The position numbers and the translations under genes are program-made. This document shows, in pieces, positions 10,628 to 20,539 of a stretch of 64,000 nt of DNA. The DNA is from an uncultured Chloroflexia bacterium (GTDB lineage Bacteria > Chloroflexota > Limnocylindria > Limnocylindrales > CSP1-4), in assembly GCA_963720755.1 (NCBI GenBank), contig CAVRGP010000006.1, positions 64,001 to 128,000 on the forward strand. The letters are read 5' to 3'. Every line of letters begins with the position of its first letter. Within the stretch, counting starts at the first letter, position 1. The notes under the pieces were generated by a model. It ran no database searches. It was given only the letters and a program-made list of their open reading frames with translations, and had not been told where the DNA came from.

Positions 10628-12211
10628 GTGCTGTCGGATCGCAGGATATCGATCACTGGTCGGCGACGGCTTGCCCTCGCCGGGCCGGCCCTCGCCCTGC
10701 TGTTCCTTGTCCCGGCCGTCGTGTCCGCCCACCCGTTGGGCAACTTCACCGTGAACCACTACGCCGGGGTCCGTGTCGAGCCCGATCGGATCCTCCTCGA
10801 TGTGGTCATCGACCAGGCAGAGATCCCGACCTTCCAGGCTCGGCTCGGGTTCGACCTGGACGGCGATGGCGAGGTATCAGATGCGGAGACCGATGCCGGT
10901 CGCCTGACCGCCTGCGCCGCCCTCGCTCCCGACCTCCGACTCGAGATCGACGGCGTGCGCCAGAGCCTGGACCTGGCAGCGGCCGGTCTGAGCTTCCCGC
11001 CCGGCGTCGGCGGTCTGTCGACGATGCGGATGGTCTGCGAGTTCGAAGTGCACCCGGTCGGTGGGTTCGACCCCGGGGCGCGGCTGACCTTCACCGATGC
11101 GTTCGCCTCGGATCGACTCGGCTGGCGTGAGATCGTGGTCGGCGCTTCAGGCGTGACGGTCGCCGGGGTGGCTGGGCCGTTGCGATCGACCAGCCCATCG
11201 GACCGATTGACCCACTACCCGACGAACCTGCTGGCGAGCGCCCTCCACGACACCGATGTCGCTCTGACCGTCACGCCCGGTGGACCCTTCGCACCAGTCC
11301 CTGCCGTCCCGGACGCGCGACCCGTGATCCCGGAACCGACGGCGGCGCCGCAGGGCCACACCGCCGAGACGCCGCGACCGAGCGCATCGGCGGCGGCGGC
11401 GGTCATCGGGGCGACCGGCGCGGTCCCAGGTGGCGTCTCGATCGACGACCTGCCGACCATCTTCCGATCGGCGGATCTGTCGCCGTTCGTCCTGCTCGCG
11501 TCGATCCTGACCGCGGCGGTGCTCGGCGCCGGCCACGCCTTGACGCCCGGCCATGGCAAGACGCTCATGGCGGCATACCTGGTCGGATCCAGTGGGCGGC
11601 CCATCCATGCCGCCGGGCTCGGTCTGTCCGTCACCTTCGCCCATACCCTGGGGATCCTGATCCTGGCCGCGCTCGTGGTCGGCGCCCAGGGTGTCCTGCC
11701 GGCGGACATCGTGGCGACCGCCGCCCCGCGCGTGGCAGCGATCTCGATCATCCTCATCGGCGGCTGGATGCTGCTCGCGGAAGGTCGGCGCCGGTGGAGC
11801 TCGCGGAGGGCGAGGGCCGATGCGTCCGCCGCGGGACATCCTCACGCTGGTGGTGGACACACCCACCCGATACCGGGCGCGCCGACCATCTCGTGGCGCG
11901 GCCTGTTCGCCCTTGGGCTGGCCGGCGGCATCGTCCCGTCGACGAGTGCGCTCCTCATCCTGCTGGGATCGATCGCCGCGGGTCGGCCGGCGTTCGGGTT
12001 CGCCCTCGTCGTGGCCTTCGGGCTCGGGATGGCGGTCGTGCTCGCCGGCATCGGATCCGGGATCGTGATGGCTCGAGGACGCCTCGCCCGGCTCCCGGTC
12101 GGCCCAGGACTCGGTCGAGCCAGCGAATTCGTCCCGCTCGCGGCAGCCGTCCTGGTGCTCGGATTCGGGTGCTACCTGATGGCACAAGCCGTCACCGGGA
12201 CGACGCTCTGA
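10628..12211 (+). CDS. RcnA/NiCoT-like nickel/cobalt transporter with N-terminal extracytoplasmic domain
   Basis: Signal peptide followed by AHPLGNFTVNHY, HALTPGHGKT, HT.G and a His-rich loop. Start is 10610 or 10628. Confidence 0.85.
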   Translation: MLSDRRISITGRRRLALAGPALALLFLVPAVVSAHPLGNFTVNHYAGVRVEPDRILLDVVIDQAEIPTFQARLGFDLDGDGEVSDAETDAGRLTACAALAPDLRLEIDGVRQSLDLAAAGLSFPPGVGGLSTMRMVCEFEVHPVGGFDPGARLTFTDAFASDRLGWREIVVGASGVTVAGVAGPLRSTSPSDRLTHYPTNLLASALHDTDVALTVTPGGPFAPVPAVPDARPVIPEPTAAPQGHTAETPRPSASAAAAVIGATGAVPGGVSIDDLPTIFRSADLSPFVLLASILTAAVLGAGHALTPGHGKTLMAAYLVGSSGRPIHAAGLGLSVTFAHTLGILILAALVVGAQGVLPADIVATAAPRVAAISIILIGGWMLLAEGRRRWSSRRARADASAAGHPHAGGGHTHPIPGAPTISWRGLFALGLAGGIVPSTSALLILLGSIAAGRPAFGFALVVAFGLGMAVVLAGIGSGIVMARGRLARLPVGPGLGRASEFVPLAAAVLVLGFGCYLMAQAVTGTTL

Positions 12212-12248
12212 GCCGAGGATATCGGCGCTCTGCTAGGCTCCGCGACGC

Positions 12249-13697
12249 ATGCGAGACCTGACGGAACGCGCCCTCGACACCGCTTCATCGCGGGGGGCCG
12301 CCTATGCCGACATCCGGGTCGTCCGCCGGCTCGAGGAGAGCATCGCCATCAAGACCGGCCGGGTCGAGGGCGTCGCCTCCGGTGAGACCGAAGGGTTCGG
12401 GGTCAGAGTCCTCGTCGACGGGGCGTGGGGGTTTGCCGCGTCGCACATCCTGACCACGGCAGAGGCCGATCGGGTCGCCGCCGAGGCCGTCCGGATCGCC
12501 CGAGCGAGCGCCACGGCCCTCCGCAACCAGGTGATCCTGGACGACCGTCCGCCGGCCCACGGGACGTACGAAACGCCGATCGAGGTCGACCCGTTCGCGG
12601 TCCCGCTCGAGACCAAGATCGCCGACCTCCTTGCCGCCGACCAGGCCACCGCCGCGGTCAAGGGGATCGCCTTCACCGAATCGAGCTATGCCGCCCAGCG
12701 CGAGTGGAAGACCTTCGCGGCCACGGACGGCAGCCTGACCGAGCAGACGATCACCCACGTCGGGGCCGCGATCGAGGCCAACGCCGTCGATGGCGACGAG
12801 CATCAGCGCCGGAGTTACCCCGACTCGGGCGGTGGCTGGCAGGCGGCCGGCTACGAGTACATCCGGAGTCTTCGCCTGGCCGATCGGGCGGAACCGCTTG
12901 CCTCCGAGGCGGTCGAATTGCTGACCGCGCCGCAGTGCCCATCCGGGCGGTACACGATCGTGCTCGACCCGAGTCAGCTCTATCTCCAGGTCCACGAATC
13001 GTGCGGGCACCCGACCGAACTGGATCGCGTCTTCGGGACCGAGGCGTCGTATGCCGGAACGAGCTTCCTGACGACCGACAAACTCGACGAAGGCTTCCGC
13101 TACGGCTCGGACCTGATCGACATCGTGGCCGATGCGACCGCGCCCGGTGGGATGGGCACGTTCGGCTGGGACGACGAAGGTGTCGCCGCTCAGTCGGTCC
13201 CGCTCATCCAGAACGGCATCCTCGTCGGCTACCTGTCCAGTCGCGAGACCGCGCCGCGGATCGGGCGGCAGAGCGGCGGGGCGATGCGGGCCGATGGCTG
13301 GAACCGGATCCCACTCATCCGGATGACCAACATCAATCTGCTGCCGAAACCGGGGATGAGCCTCGATGACATCGTGACCGATACGGACGATGGCCTGTAC
13401 CTCGCCTCCAACCGCTCCTGGTCCATCGATGACCGCCGACTGAACTTCCAGTTCGCGACGGAGGTCGCCTACGAGATCAAGGGCGGGAAGAAGGGACGGC
13501 TGTTCAAGAACCCGACCTACACCGGGATCACCTACGAATTCTGGCGTTCATGTGACGCGGTCGGCGACGAGTCGAGCTACGTCATGCTCGGCACACCCAA
13601 TTGCGGCAAGGGCGAACCGGGCCAGACCGGCCATGTCGGTCACGCCGTACCGGGTGCACGATTCCGGAACGTCCAGGTCGGTGTCGGCAAGTGGTAA
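12249..13697 (+). CDS. tldD: TldD metalloprotease subunit
   Basis: HESCGHPTELD (HExxGH), DDEGV, RMTN and CGKGEP. Confidence 0.92.
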   Translation: MRDLTERALDTASSRGAAYADIRVVRRLEESIAIKTGRVEGVASGETEGFGVRVLVDGAWGFAASHILTTAEADRVAAEAVRIARASATALRNQVILDDRPPAHGTYETPIEVDPFAVPLETKIADLLAADQATAAVKGIAFTESSYAAQREWKTFAATDGSLTEQTITHVGAAIEANAVDGDEHQRRSYPDSGGGWQAAGYEYIRSLRLADRAEPLASEAVELLTAPQCPSGRYTIVLDPSQLYLQVHESCGHPTELDRVFGTEASYAGTSFLTTDKLDEGFRYGSDLIDIVADATAPGGMGTFGWDDEGVAAQSVPLIQNGILVGYLSSRETAPRIGRQSGGAMRADGWNRIPLIRMTNINLLPKPGMSLDDIVTDTDDGLYLASNRSWSIDDRRLNFQFATEVAYEIKGGKKGRLFKNPTYTGITYEFWRSCDAVGDESSYVMLGTPNCGKGEPGQTGHVGHAVPGARFRNVQVGVGKW

Positions 13698-13712
13698 ACG
13701 GACGCTAGGGCG

Positions 13713-15065
13713 ATGCACGACGACCGAGCCCAGGACGCGCTCGCGCTGGCACAGGCCGCACTGACGGCGGCGCTCCGCGATGGCGTCACGGAAGCCGAGG
13801 CGTTGGTCATGGCGGACGACCAGGCGCTGACCCGTTTCGCCAACAGCGAGATCCACCAGAACGTCGCCGAGACGAACGTCGCGATCAACTTGCGTGTGGT
13901 CGTCGGCAAGCGGGTCGGGGTCGCTTCCTCCGGACGGACCGACGCCGACGGCCTCCGGCGACTCGCCGAGTCCGCGACCGCGATCGCGCGTGTCGTCGAG
14001 GAGCTTGACGATTGGGGTGGGCTGCCCGGACCGACCGAGATCCGCGACGTGCCGGCGGGCTACAGCCGAGCGACCGCCGGGGCCAGCCCGGAGTTCCGTG
14101 CCGAAGCCGCCCGCGCGGTCATCGCTGCAGCCGATGCCGCCGGGGTCACCGCCTACGGCTCCTTCGCGACCGGCCTCGAATCGATCGCGGTCGCCAATTC
14201 CAGGGGCGTCAGGGCGGCCTCGACCCGGACGACGTCACAGTTGATCACGGTCTCGATGGGCCCGGCCGGAGGGACCGGCTACGCCGAGACCGCAGCGGTC
14301 GATGCCGCGGCGATCGATGCCGCCGCGATCGGCCGCGAGGCGGCGGGCAAGGCCAGGGCGTCCGCGAATGCCGTCTCGATCGAACCCGGCGATTACCCGG
14401 TCGTTCTCGAGGAGTACGCCGTCGTCGACCTCGTCGACTACCTCGGCTACCTCGGCTTCTCGGCGCTGGCGGTCCAGGAGGGTCGGAGCTTCGCCGAGCC
14501 CGGGCGCCGGATCGGCAGCGACCTGGTCACGATCCGCGACGATGGCCACGATCCGGCCGGTCTCCCGCTCGCGTTCGACTACGAGGGCGTGGCCAAGCAG
14601 CGCGTCTCGCTCGTCGAGCAGGGCGTCTGCCGGGACGTGGTCTATGACAGCCAGACCGCCGCTCGAGCGGGCGTGCCGTCCACCGGTCATGGTCTGCCGG
14701 CCCCGAACCCGTGGGGCCCGTTCCCGCTCAACATGGTCATGGAGGCCGGTTCGGCGTCACGCGACGAACTCATCGGCGGCCTCGACCGCGGCCTCCTGGT
14801 GACGCGGTTCCACTACACGAATCCGGTCCACCCGAAGCTCGCGATCGTGACCGGGATGACCAGGGACGGGACGTTCCTCGTCGAGGGCGGCCAGATCGTC
14901 GGACCGGTCCGGAACCTGCGCTACACCCAGAGCTACCTGGACGCGATGCTCGGCACCGTCGCGGTCGGGCGCGACCGGAAGACGCTCAAGGGCTTCCTGG
15001 GTGGCGTCGTCGTGCCCGCCATCCGGGTCGATGGCTGGACGTTCACCGGGGGCACCGAACACTAG
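13713..15065 (+). CDS. pmbA: TldE/PmbA family protein
   Basis: TRFANSEIHQN, FDYEG, TGHG and TGMTRDG; no HExxH; follows tldD. Confidence 0.88.
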   Translation: MHDDRAQDALALAQAALTAALRDGVTEAEALVMADDQALTRFANSEIHQNVAETNVAINLRVVVGKRVGVASSGRTDADGLRRLAESATAIARVVEELDDWGGLPGPTEIRDVPAGYSRATAGASPEFRAEAARAVIAAADAAGVTAYGSFATGLESIAVANSRGVRAASTRTTSQLITVSMGPAGGTGYAETAAVDAAAIDAAAIGREAAGKARASANAVSIEPGDYPVVLEEYAVVDLVDYLGYLGFSALAVQEGRSFAEPGRRIGSDLVTIRDDGHDPAGLPLAFDYEGVAKQRVSLVEQGVCRDVVYDSQTAARAGVPSTGHGLPAPNPWGPFPLNMVMEAGSASRDELIGGLDRGLLVTRFHYTNPVHPKLAIVTGMTRDGTFLVEGGQIVGPVRNLRYTQSYLDAMLGTVAVGRDRKTLKGFLGGVVVPAIRVDGWTFTGGTEH

Positions 15066-15078
15066 TCGGGACGGCCGC

Positions 15079-15241
15079 GCCTGGGCCGAGTGCCTGGTTG
15101 GGCGCCTGGGCCGCGTGCCTGGTTGGGCGCCTGGGCCGCGTGCCTGGGCCGCGAGCCTGGTTGGGCGCCTGGCCGCGTGCCTGGGCCGCGTGCCCGGTTG
15201 GGCGCCTGGCCGCGTGCCCGGGCCGCGTGCCTGGTTCGCGT
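15079..15241. repeat. composite minisatellite of 13 units (12-13 bp)
   Basis: Units GCCTGGGCCGCGT (A) and GCCTGGTTGGGC (B) interleaved irregularly. Confidence 0.9.
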
Positions 15242-15432
15242 GCGACGCAGGCCCAGCTCGAACCTGGCAGAAATCCCACCCACAGAACGGTATGGCAAGT
15301 CATCGGGCCACCGGCGCGGTCTCGGGGCCGACCATGGTGCGGTTTCGAGCGTGGGCAACGGGATCCGACTCCACTCCGCACCGCTGACACCCCGGCCAAT
15401 CACCCATAACGTTCTCCGGGTGAACATCTCGC

Positions 15433-15528
15433 CAGGCTGCGGGCCGGACGTGTTGTCAGGCTGCGGGCCCGACGTGTTGTCAGGCTGCGGGCCGGACGTG
15501 TTGTCAGGTCGCGGGCCGGACGTCTTGC
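15433..15528. repeat. 4 x 24-bp tandem repeat
   Basis: CAGGCTGCGGGCCGGACGTGTTGT at 15433, 15457, 15481 and 15505 (last copy degenerate); no spacers. Confidence 0.92.
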
Positions 15529-15597
15529 CATGTCGCGAACGACACGAACCGCACGCGCCCCGCAAGGTTTCGAAACGTTAGCCGCGTCGCTGGACAT

Positions 15598-15614
15598 TCT
15601 CAGGAAACCCTCAG
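15598..15614 (+). promoter_or_regulatory. candidate OmpR-family (MprA-box-like) direct repeat upstream of moxR
   Basis: TCTCAG-N5-CCTCAG with 11-bp period. Confidence 0.4.
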
Positions 15615-15690
15615 AAAACTCCGCGAACGTCGAGGAACACCCACACGCTTACCTGCGTGTCGACGCCCTCAACGCACCTCGGAGACATTC

Positions 15691-16734
15691 ATGACCGACT
15701 CGTCCTCGACCGCCAAGCCTTCCCAGACCGACCTTCGGGCGCTCCCCGACCCGGCCGATCCGCGCGCCACCGCCGAAGCGATCATGTTCGAGATCCGGCG
15801 CATCATCGTCGGGCAGGACGAGATGCTCGAGCGGATCCTGGTGGGCCTGCTGAGCGGCGGCCACCTCCTGCTTGAAGGCGTCCCGGGTCTGGCCAAGACA
15901 CTGACGATCAAAACCCTGGCCGACATCCTCGGCGGCACGTTCAAGCGGATCCAGTTCACCCCGGATCTCATGCCGTCCGACCTCGTCGGGACCCGGATCT
16001 ACCGTCCCGATCAGGGCGGCTTCGAAGTCGAGCCCGGCCCCGTCTTCGCCAACTTCCTGCTCGCCGACGAGATCAACCGGGCCCCGGCCAAGGTCCAGTC
16101 CGCTCTCCTCGAGGTCATGCAGGAGCACCAGGTCACGATCGGCCACGAGACGTTCAAGGTCCCGACCCCATTCCTCGTCCTGGCCACGGAGAACCCGATC
16201 GAGGCGGAGGGGACCTACCCGCTGCCCGAGGCCCAGGTGGATCGGTTCATGCTCAAGATCCTGCTCGACTACCCGAACCCGACCGACGAGGCGCAGATCG
16301 TGGCTCGATCCCTCGTCCCGCCCGCGCCGTCTCGCGAGATCCTCGATCCGGCCGGCCTGCTCCGGCTCCAGCAGACGGTGTCGGAGGTGTACGTCGACCC
16401 GCGACTGATCAGCTATGCGGTCGGCCTCGTCGAGGCGACCCGCAAATTGACCTATTGGGGCGCGCCCGAACTCGAAAGCTACGTCTCCTACGGGGCGAGC
16501 CCGCGAGGCTCGATCAACCTCATCCACGGTGCTCGAGCCATGGCCCTGCTCCATGGCCGCCGCTACGTCCTGCCGTCGGACATCAGCGCCCTCGCGCCCG
16601 ATGTCCTTCGCCATCGACTGGTGATGAGCTACAGCGCCCTGGCCGACGGGATCACGCCGGACGCGGTCATCCAGCGAGTCCTCCAGCTCGTCCCGGCACC
16701 GCGCCTGGAGATGGCGATGGAGCCGACTGCGTGA
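15691..16734 (+). CDS. moxR: MoxR family AAA+ ATPase
   Basis: EGVPGLAKT, RIQFTPDLMPSD, LLADEINRAPAKVQSALLE and YPLPEAQVDRF. Confidence 0.95.
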   Translation: MTDSSSTAKPSQTDLRALPDPADPRATAEAIMFEIRRIIVGQDEMLERILVGLLSGGHLLLEGVPGLAKTLTIKTLADILGGTFKRIQFTPDLMPSDLVGTRIYRPDQGGFEVEPGPVFANFLLADEINRAPAKVQSALLEVMQEHQVTIGHETFKVPTPFLVLATENPIEAEGTYPLPEAQVDRFMLKILLDYPNPTDEAQIVARSLVPPAPSREILDPAGLLRLQQTVSEVYVDPRLISYAVGLVEATRKLTYWGAPELESYVSYGASPRGSINLIHGARAMALLHGRRYVLPSDISALAPDVLRHRLVMSYSALADGITPDAVIQRVLQLVPAPRLEMAMEPTA

Positions 16735-17708
16735 CGGTCGCTACCCCCGCCGCGCGCCCGGCTTCGGACCTCGCCCGCATCATCGGTCGCGAACGGACTC
16801 CGGCCCGACCCGGACCCGGCCCCATCGCCGACCGGCTCGTCCGTCAACTCGAGCTCAGCCTGGACCGTCGGGTCGGTGGCCAGATGAGCGGCGACCACCT
16901 CGGGGTCGGGCACGGCGCGGGCATGGAGCTCGACCGGATCCGTCCGTACGAGCCCGGCGATGACGTCCGCAGGATCGACTGGAACGCCACTGCCAGGACG
17001 CTGGTCCCACAGGTCCGCGAGGACGTGCCGGATCGACAGGTCACCGCGTGGCTGCTGCTGGATCACTCCCCATCGATGCACTTCGGCACGCACGATCGAC
17101 GGAAGACCGATGTCGCTGAGGGTGTGGCGCTCGTCGTCGGTCGGTTCGCGGCCCGCCGGGGCAATCGACTCGGCATCGTCACCTTCGGCGCCGGTCGAGA
17201 GACGGTCACGCCGCCCGCCGGAGGCCGCCTGGGCATGCTCGGACTGTTGCGGGCCGTCGCCACGGAGCCACCCGAGGAGGGCCACGGACCCACCTCGCCG
17301 GCCCGGGCGCTCGCGCTCGTCGGCGCGATCCGGACGACCCCCGGCGTCGTGATCGTCGTGTCCGACTTCCGCGGCCCACGTGACTGGATCCCGGCCCTCA
17401 CAGAGATCGCGGGACGGCATTCGGTCGTCGCACTCGAGATCGTGGATCCGCGGGAGGACCAGCTCGTCGATGTCGGCGAGCTGACCCTGGTCGATCCGGA
17501 GACGGGCCGATCACTCCGCGTGGACACCGGTGATCATCGGCTCCGAGCTGCCTTCGACGAGGCGGCGACCGAGGATCGCACGTCACTCTCCCGCGCCTTC
17601 CGCCGACTGGCCGTCCGTCACCTCCGGGTATCGACCGACGGGCCGTGGCTCCCGACCCTCGCCCAGGGCTTCACCCGCAATCCAGAACGCACAGGACGAA
17701 CGGCATGA
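16731..17708 (+). CDS. DUF58 domain protein
   Basis: RPYEPGDDVRRIDWNATAR, D.SPSM.FG and VSDF; GTGA overlap with moxR. Confidence 0.92.
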   Translation: MTVATPAARPASDLARIIGRERTPARPGPGPIADRLVRQLELSLDRRVGGQMSGDHLGVGHGAGMELDRIRPYEPGDDVRRIDWNATARTLVPQVREDVPDRQVTAWLLLDHSPSMHFGTHDRRKTDVAEGVALVVGRFAARRGNRLGIVTFGAGRETVTPPAGGRLGMLGLLRAVATEPPEEGHGPTSPARALALVGAIRTTPGVVIVVSDFRGPRDWIPALTEIAGRHSVVALEIVDPREDQLVDVGELTLVDPETGRSLRVDTGDHRLRAAFDEAATEDRTSLSRAFRRLAVRHLRVSTDGPWLPTLAQGFTRNPERTGRTA

Positions 17709-18757
17709 CCTTCCTTCAACCAGAACTCCTCCTCCTCGGCCTGCTGCTGATCCCGATCGCGGTGGCCTTCTACCTCTGGGCGCAGCGTCGCCGGACGCGG
17801 TATGCGGTCCGGTTCACCAATCTGGACCTCCTCGCCAACCTGGCTGCGAAGCGACCCGCCTGGCGACGGCATCTCCCACCCCTGCTCTACCTGGGCGCGA
17901 TCGCCGCGCTCCTGATCGGGCTCGCCCGGCCGACGATGGTCGTCCAGGTGCCGCGCGAGGACGCCACGGTCATCCTGGCGATGGATGTCTCGGGCTCGAT
18001 GCGCGCGACCGATGTCTCGCCGACCCGACTCGATGCCGCCAAGGCCGCCGCGCTCTCGTTCATCGATCAGCTGCCGGACAACATCCGGGTCGGGATCGTG
18101 TCGTTCGCCTCGGAGCCGACCACCCTGGTCAGCCCGACCAGCGACCGCGAACAGCTCAAGGCCGCGATCGACGGGCTGACCGCCCGTGACGGAACGGCCA
18201 TGGGCGATGCGCTCATGCAGGTCCTCGACGTCGCCGAGCGGATCCAGGCACAGGGGGCGGAAACACCGGACACGTCGGCCACGCCGACGCCGGCCGCCAC
18301 ACCCGGAACATCGCCCGTGCCGGGCTCCCCGGCCGATCAGCCGTCCGGGCAGCCACTCGTCGCCGCGATCCTCCTGTCGGACGGGGCGAATTCGACCGGC
18401 CAGACCGAACCGCTCGATGCCGCGAACCGGGCCAGGACCCTCGGCGTCCCGATCTACACGATCGCGCTCGGTACGCCCAGTGGCACCGTCCAGGTCCGCA
18501 ACGATTTCGGACAGATCGTGACCCTGGACGTCCCGCCCGACACCCAGACGCTCCAGGCGATCGCCGATACGACTGGCGGGACCGCGTTCGATGCGCCGAC
18601 CGCCCAGGACCTCGCCAGCGTCTACGACCATCTCGAGTCCCGGGTCGGGTACACGGAGGAGCGCCAGGAGGTCACCTACGCACTGGTGGCGGCCGGGCTC
18701 GTCCTGGTCCTGGTCGGGGCCGGGATGTCGGCGGTGTGGTTCGGCCGGCTGCCGTAG
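17705..18757 (+). CDS. BatA-like vWA domain membrane protein
   Basis: N-terminal TM, LARP, MIDAS DVSGSM, TAMGDAL, LLSDG and a C-terminal TM. Confidence 0.92.
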   Translation: MTFLQPELLLLGLLLIPIAVAFYLWAQRRRTRYAVRFTNLDLLANLAAKRPAWRRHLPPLLYLGAIAALLIGLARPTMVVQVPREDATVILAMDVSGSMRATDVSPTRLDAAKAAALSFIDQLPDNIRVGIVSFASEPTTLVSPTSDREQLKAAIDGLTARDGTAMGDALMQVLDVAERIQAQGAETPDTSATPTPAATPGTSPVPGSPADQPSGQPLVAAILLSDGANSTGQTEPLDAANRARTLGVPIYTIALGTPSGTVQVRNDFGQIVTLDVPPDTQTLQAIADTTGGTAFDAPTAQDLASVYDHLESRVGYTEERQEVTYALVAAGLVLVLVGAGMSAVWFGRLP

Positions 18758-18774
18758 GGAGTACGCTCCGGCTC

Positions 18775-20052
18775 ATGACGCTGCACCGGACATTCGACCC
18801 TCAGGCGCTCCGAGCGGAGTTCCCGGCGCTCGCCCGCCGGCAGGATGGGCAGGAGGTCGTCTTCCTCGACGGGCCGGGCGGCACGCAGGTCCCGCAACGC
18901 GTCATCGACGCGGTCGTCGGCTACTACCGCGATTCGAACGCGAACGACGGCGGGGCATTCGCGACGAGCCAGGCATCGGTGGCGATCGTGGGCGAGGCCC
19001 GCGCAGCGATCGCCGACTTCGTGGGGGCCGCCAGCCCTGACGAGATCAAGTTCGGCCAGAACATGACCAGCCTGACCCTCCATCTCGGTCGATCGATCGG
19101 CGCGACGCTTGGCCCCGGTGACGAGATCGTCGTCACGACGCTGGACCACGAGGCCAACGTCAGCCCATGGCGGGCGATGGCCGCCGACCGCGGGGTGACC
19201 GTCCACACGGTCGACATCCATCTGGACGACTGCACGCTCGATCTCGAGGACCTGGAGTCGAAACTGTCGTCGCGGACGAAACTTGTCGCCGTCGGCTATG
19301 CCAGCAACGCCGTCGGCACGATCAACCCCGTTGCGGAGATCGTCGCCCGGGCGCATGAAGTCGGCGCCCTCGCCTTCGTCGACGCCGTGGCCTTCGCGCC
19401 CCATGGCCCGATCGATGTCCAGGCGCTGGATACGGACTTCCTGGCCTGCTCCGCCTACAAGTGGTTCGGGCCACACCTGGGCATCCTGTATGGCAAAGCC
19501 GACGCGTTCGATCGACTACCGACCTACAAGGTCCGGCCGGCCCACGACCGATGGGAGACCGGGACCCAGTCCTTCGAGTCGATCGCCGGCGCCTGCGCGG
19601 CTACCGACTACCTGCGAGACGTGGGCCGCGAGTACGGCGATGTGGCCGGGGCTCCGGGGGCTGCCAGCGCCAGCGAACGACGCCGCGAACTGGTCGCCGC
19701 CATGGTCGCGATCGCCGCGTACGAACGGACGCTCGTCACCCGCCTGGTCGAGGGGCTTGTGACGATCGCTGGCGTCTCGATCCACGGCATCACCGACGAT
19801 TCCCGCTTTGACGCCCGGGTGCCGACCGTGTCGGTCTCGATCGATGGGGTACCGCCGCGGGTCGCCGCCGAGGCCCTCGCGCGCGACGGCATCTACGCCT
19901 GGGATGGCGACTTCTATGCGACCGGGCTGATCGAGCGCCTGGGCAAGGCGGATGCGGGCGGCGTCCTCCGCCTCGGGCTGGTCCACTACAACACGGTCAC
20001 GGAGGTCGATCGGACGATCGACGCGCTGACCCGGATCGCTGGCCGAGCCTGA
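18775..20052 (+). CDS. cysteine desulfurase-like PLP enzyme (class V)
   Basis: FLDGPGGTQVP, DHEAN, SAYKWFGPH and ETGT; WDGDFYA replaces the Cys motif, as in the desulfurase-like subfamily. Confidence 0.9.
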   Translation: MTLHRTFDPQALRAEFPALARRQDGQEVVFLDGPGGTQVPQRVIDAVVGYYRDSNANDGGAFATSQASVAIVGEARAAIADFVGAASPDEIKFGQNMTSLTLHLGRSIGATLGPGDEIVVTTLDHEANVSPWRAMAADRGVTVHTVDIHLDDCTLDLEDLESKLSSRTKLVAVGYASNAVGTINPVAEIVARAHEVGALAFVDAVAFAPHGPIDVQALDTDFLACSAYKWFGPHLGILYGKADAFDRLPTYKVRPAHDRWETGTQSFESIAGACAATDYLRDVGREYGDVAGAPGAASASERRRELVAAMVAIAAYERTLVTRLVEGLVTIAGVSIHGITDDSRFDARVPTVSVSIDGVPPRVAAEALARDGIYAWDGDFYATGLIERLGKADAGGVLRLGLVHYNTVTEVDRTIDALTRIAGRA

Positions 20053-20058
20053 CGGTCC

Positions 20059-20505
20059 GTGGCGCCTCGACCCTCCGTCCGGAGCCGGCTCGCCCGTCCG
20101 TTCGATCCGACCGAGCTGCGCCGGATCAAGCGACTGTGGGTCCGCCACTCCATCGCGGAGGACGCGCGTGACATCGACGGGCTGATCGCGACGCTCGCCG
20201 AGGATTGCGTCTACGAGATCGTGCCGACCGGCCAGCGTTGGGACGGTCATGCCGGAGCCCGCGCCTTCTATACGGAACTCTTTGCGGCCTTTCCCGACAA
20301 TGCCTTCGCCCTGTCGGAGATCGTCATCGGACCGCAGGGAGCGTTCGAGGTGGCGACCCTGACCGGCACGAACACCGGGCCGTGGGCGGGGGTCCCTCCA
20401 TCCGGCCTCGCGGTCGCGCTGGAGGTCATCATCCTGTTCCCGTGGGATCCGGTGACGGAACGCTTCACCGGCGAGCGGATCTGGTTCGACCGAGGATCCG
20501 TCTAG
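20059..20505 (+). CDS. SnoaL/NTF2-like ester cyclase family protein
   Basis: H..AE...D.DG..AT...DC, F.AFPD, GT.TG.W.G and ERIWFD. Confidence 0.8.
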   Translation: MAPRPSVRSRLARPFDPTELRRIKRLWVRHSIAEDARDIDGLIATLAEDCVYEIVPTGQRWDGHAGARAFYTELFAAFPDNAFALSEIVIGPQGAFEVATLTGTNTGPWAGVPPSGLAVALEVIILFPWDPVTERFTGERIWFDRGSV

Positions 20506-20539
20506 GGGCCGCCCCGGCCAGATCCAGTCCTGGACACCA

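Noticed and set aside
15079-15528. Possible CRISPR array
   Set aside because: The repeats are directly tandem without unique spacers, and there are no cas genes.
15062-15581. ORFs across the repeat region
   Set aside because: Translations simply mirror the DNA repeats on both strands, with no initiation signals.
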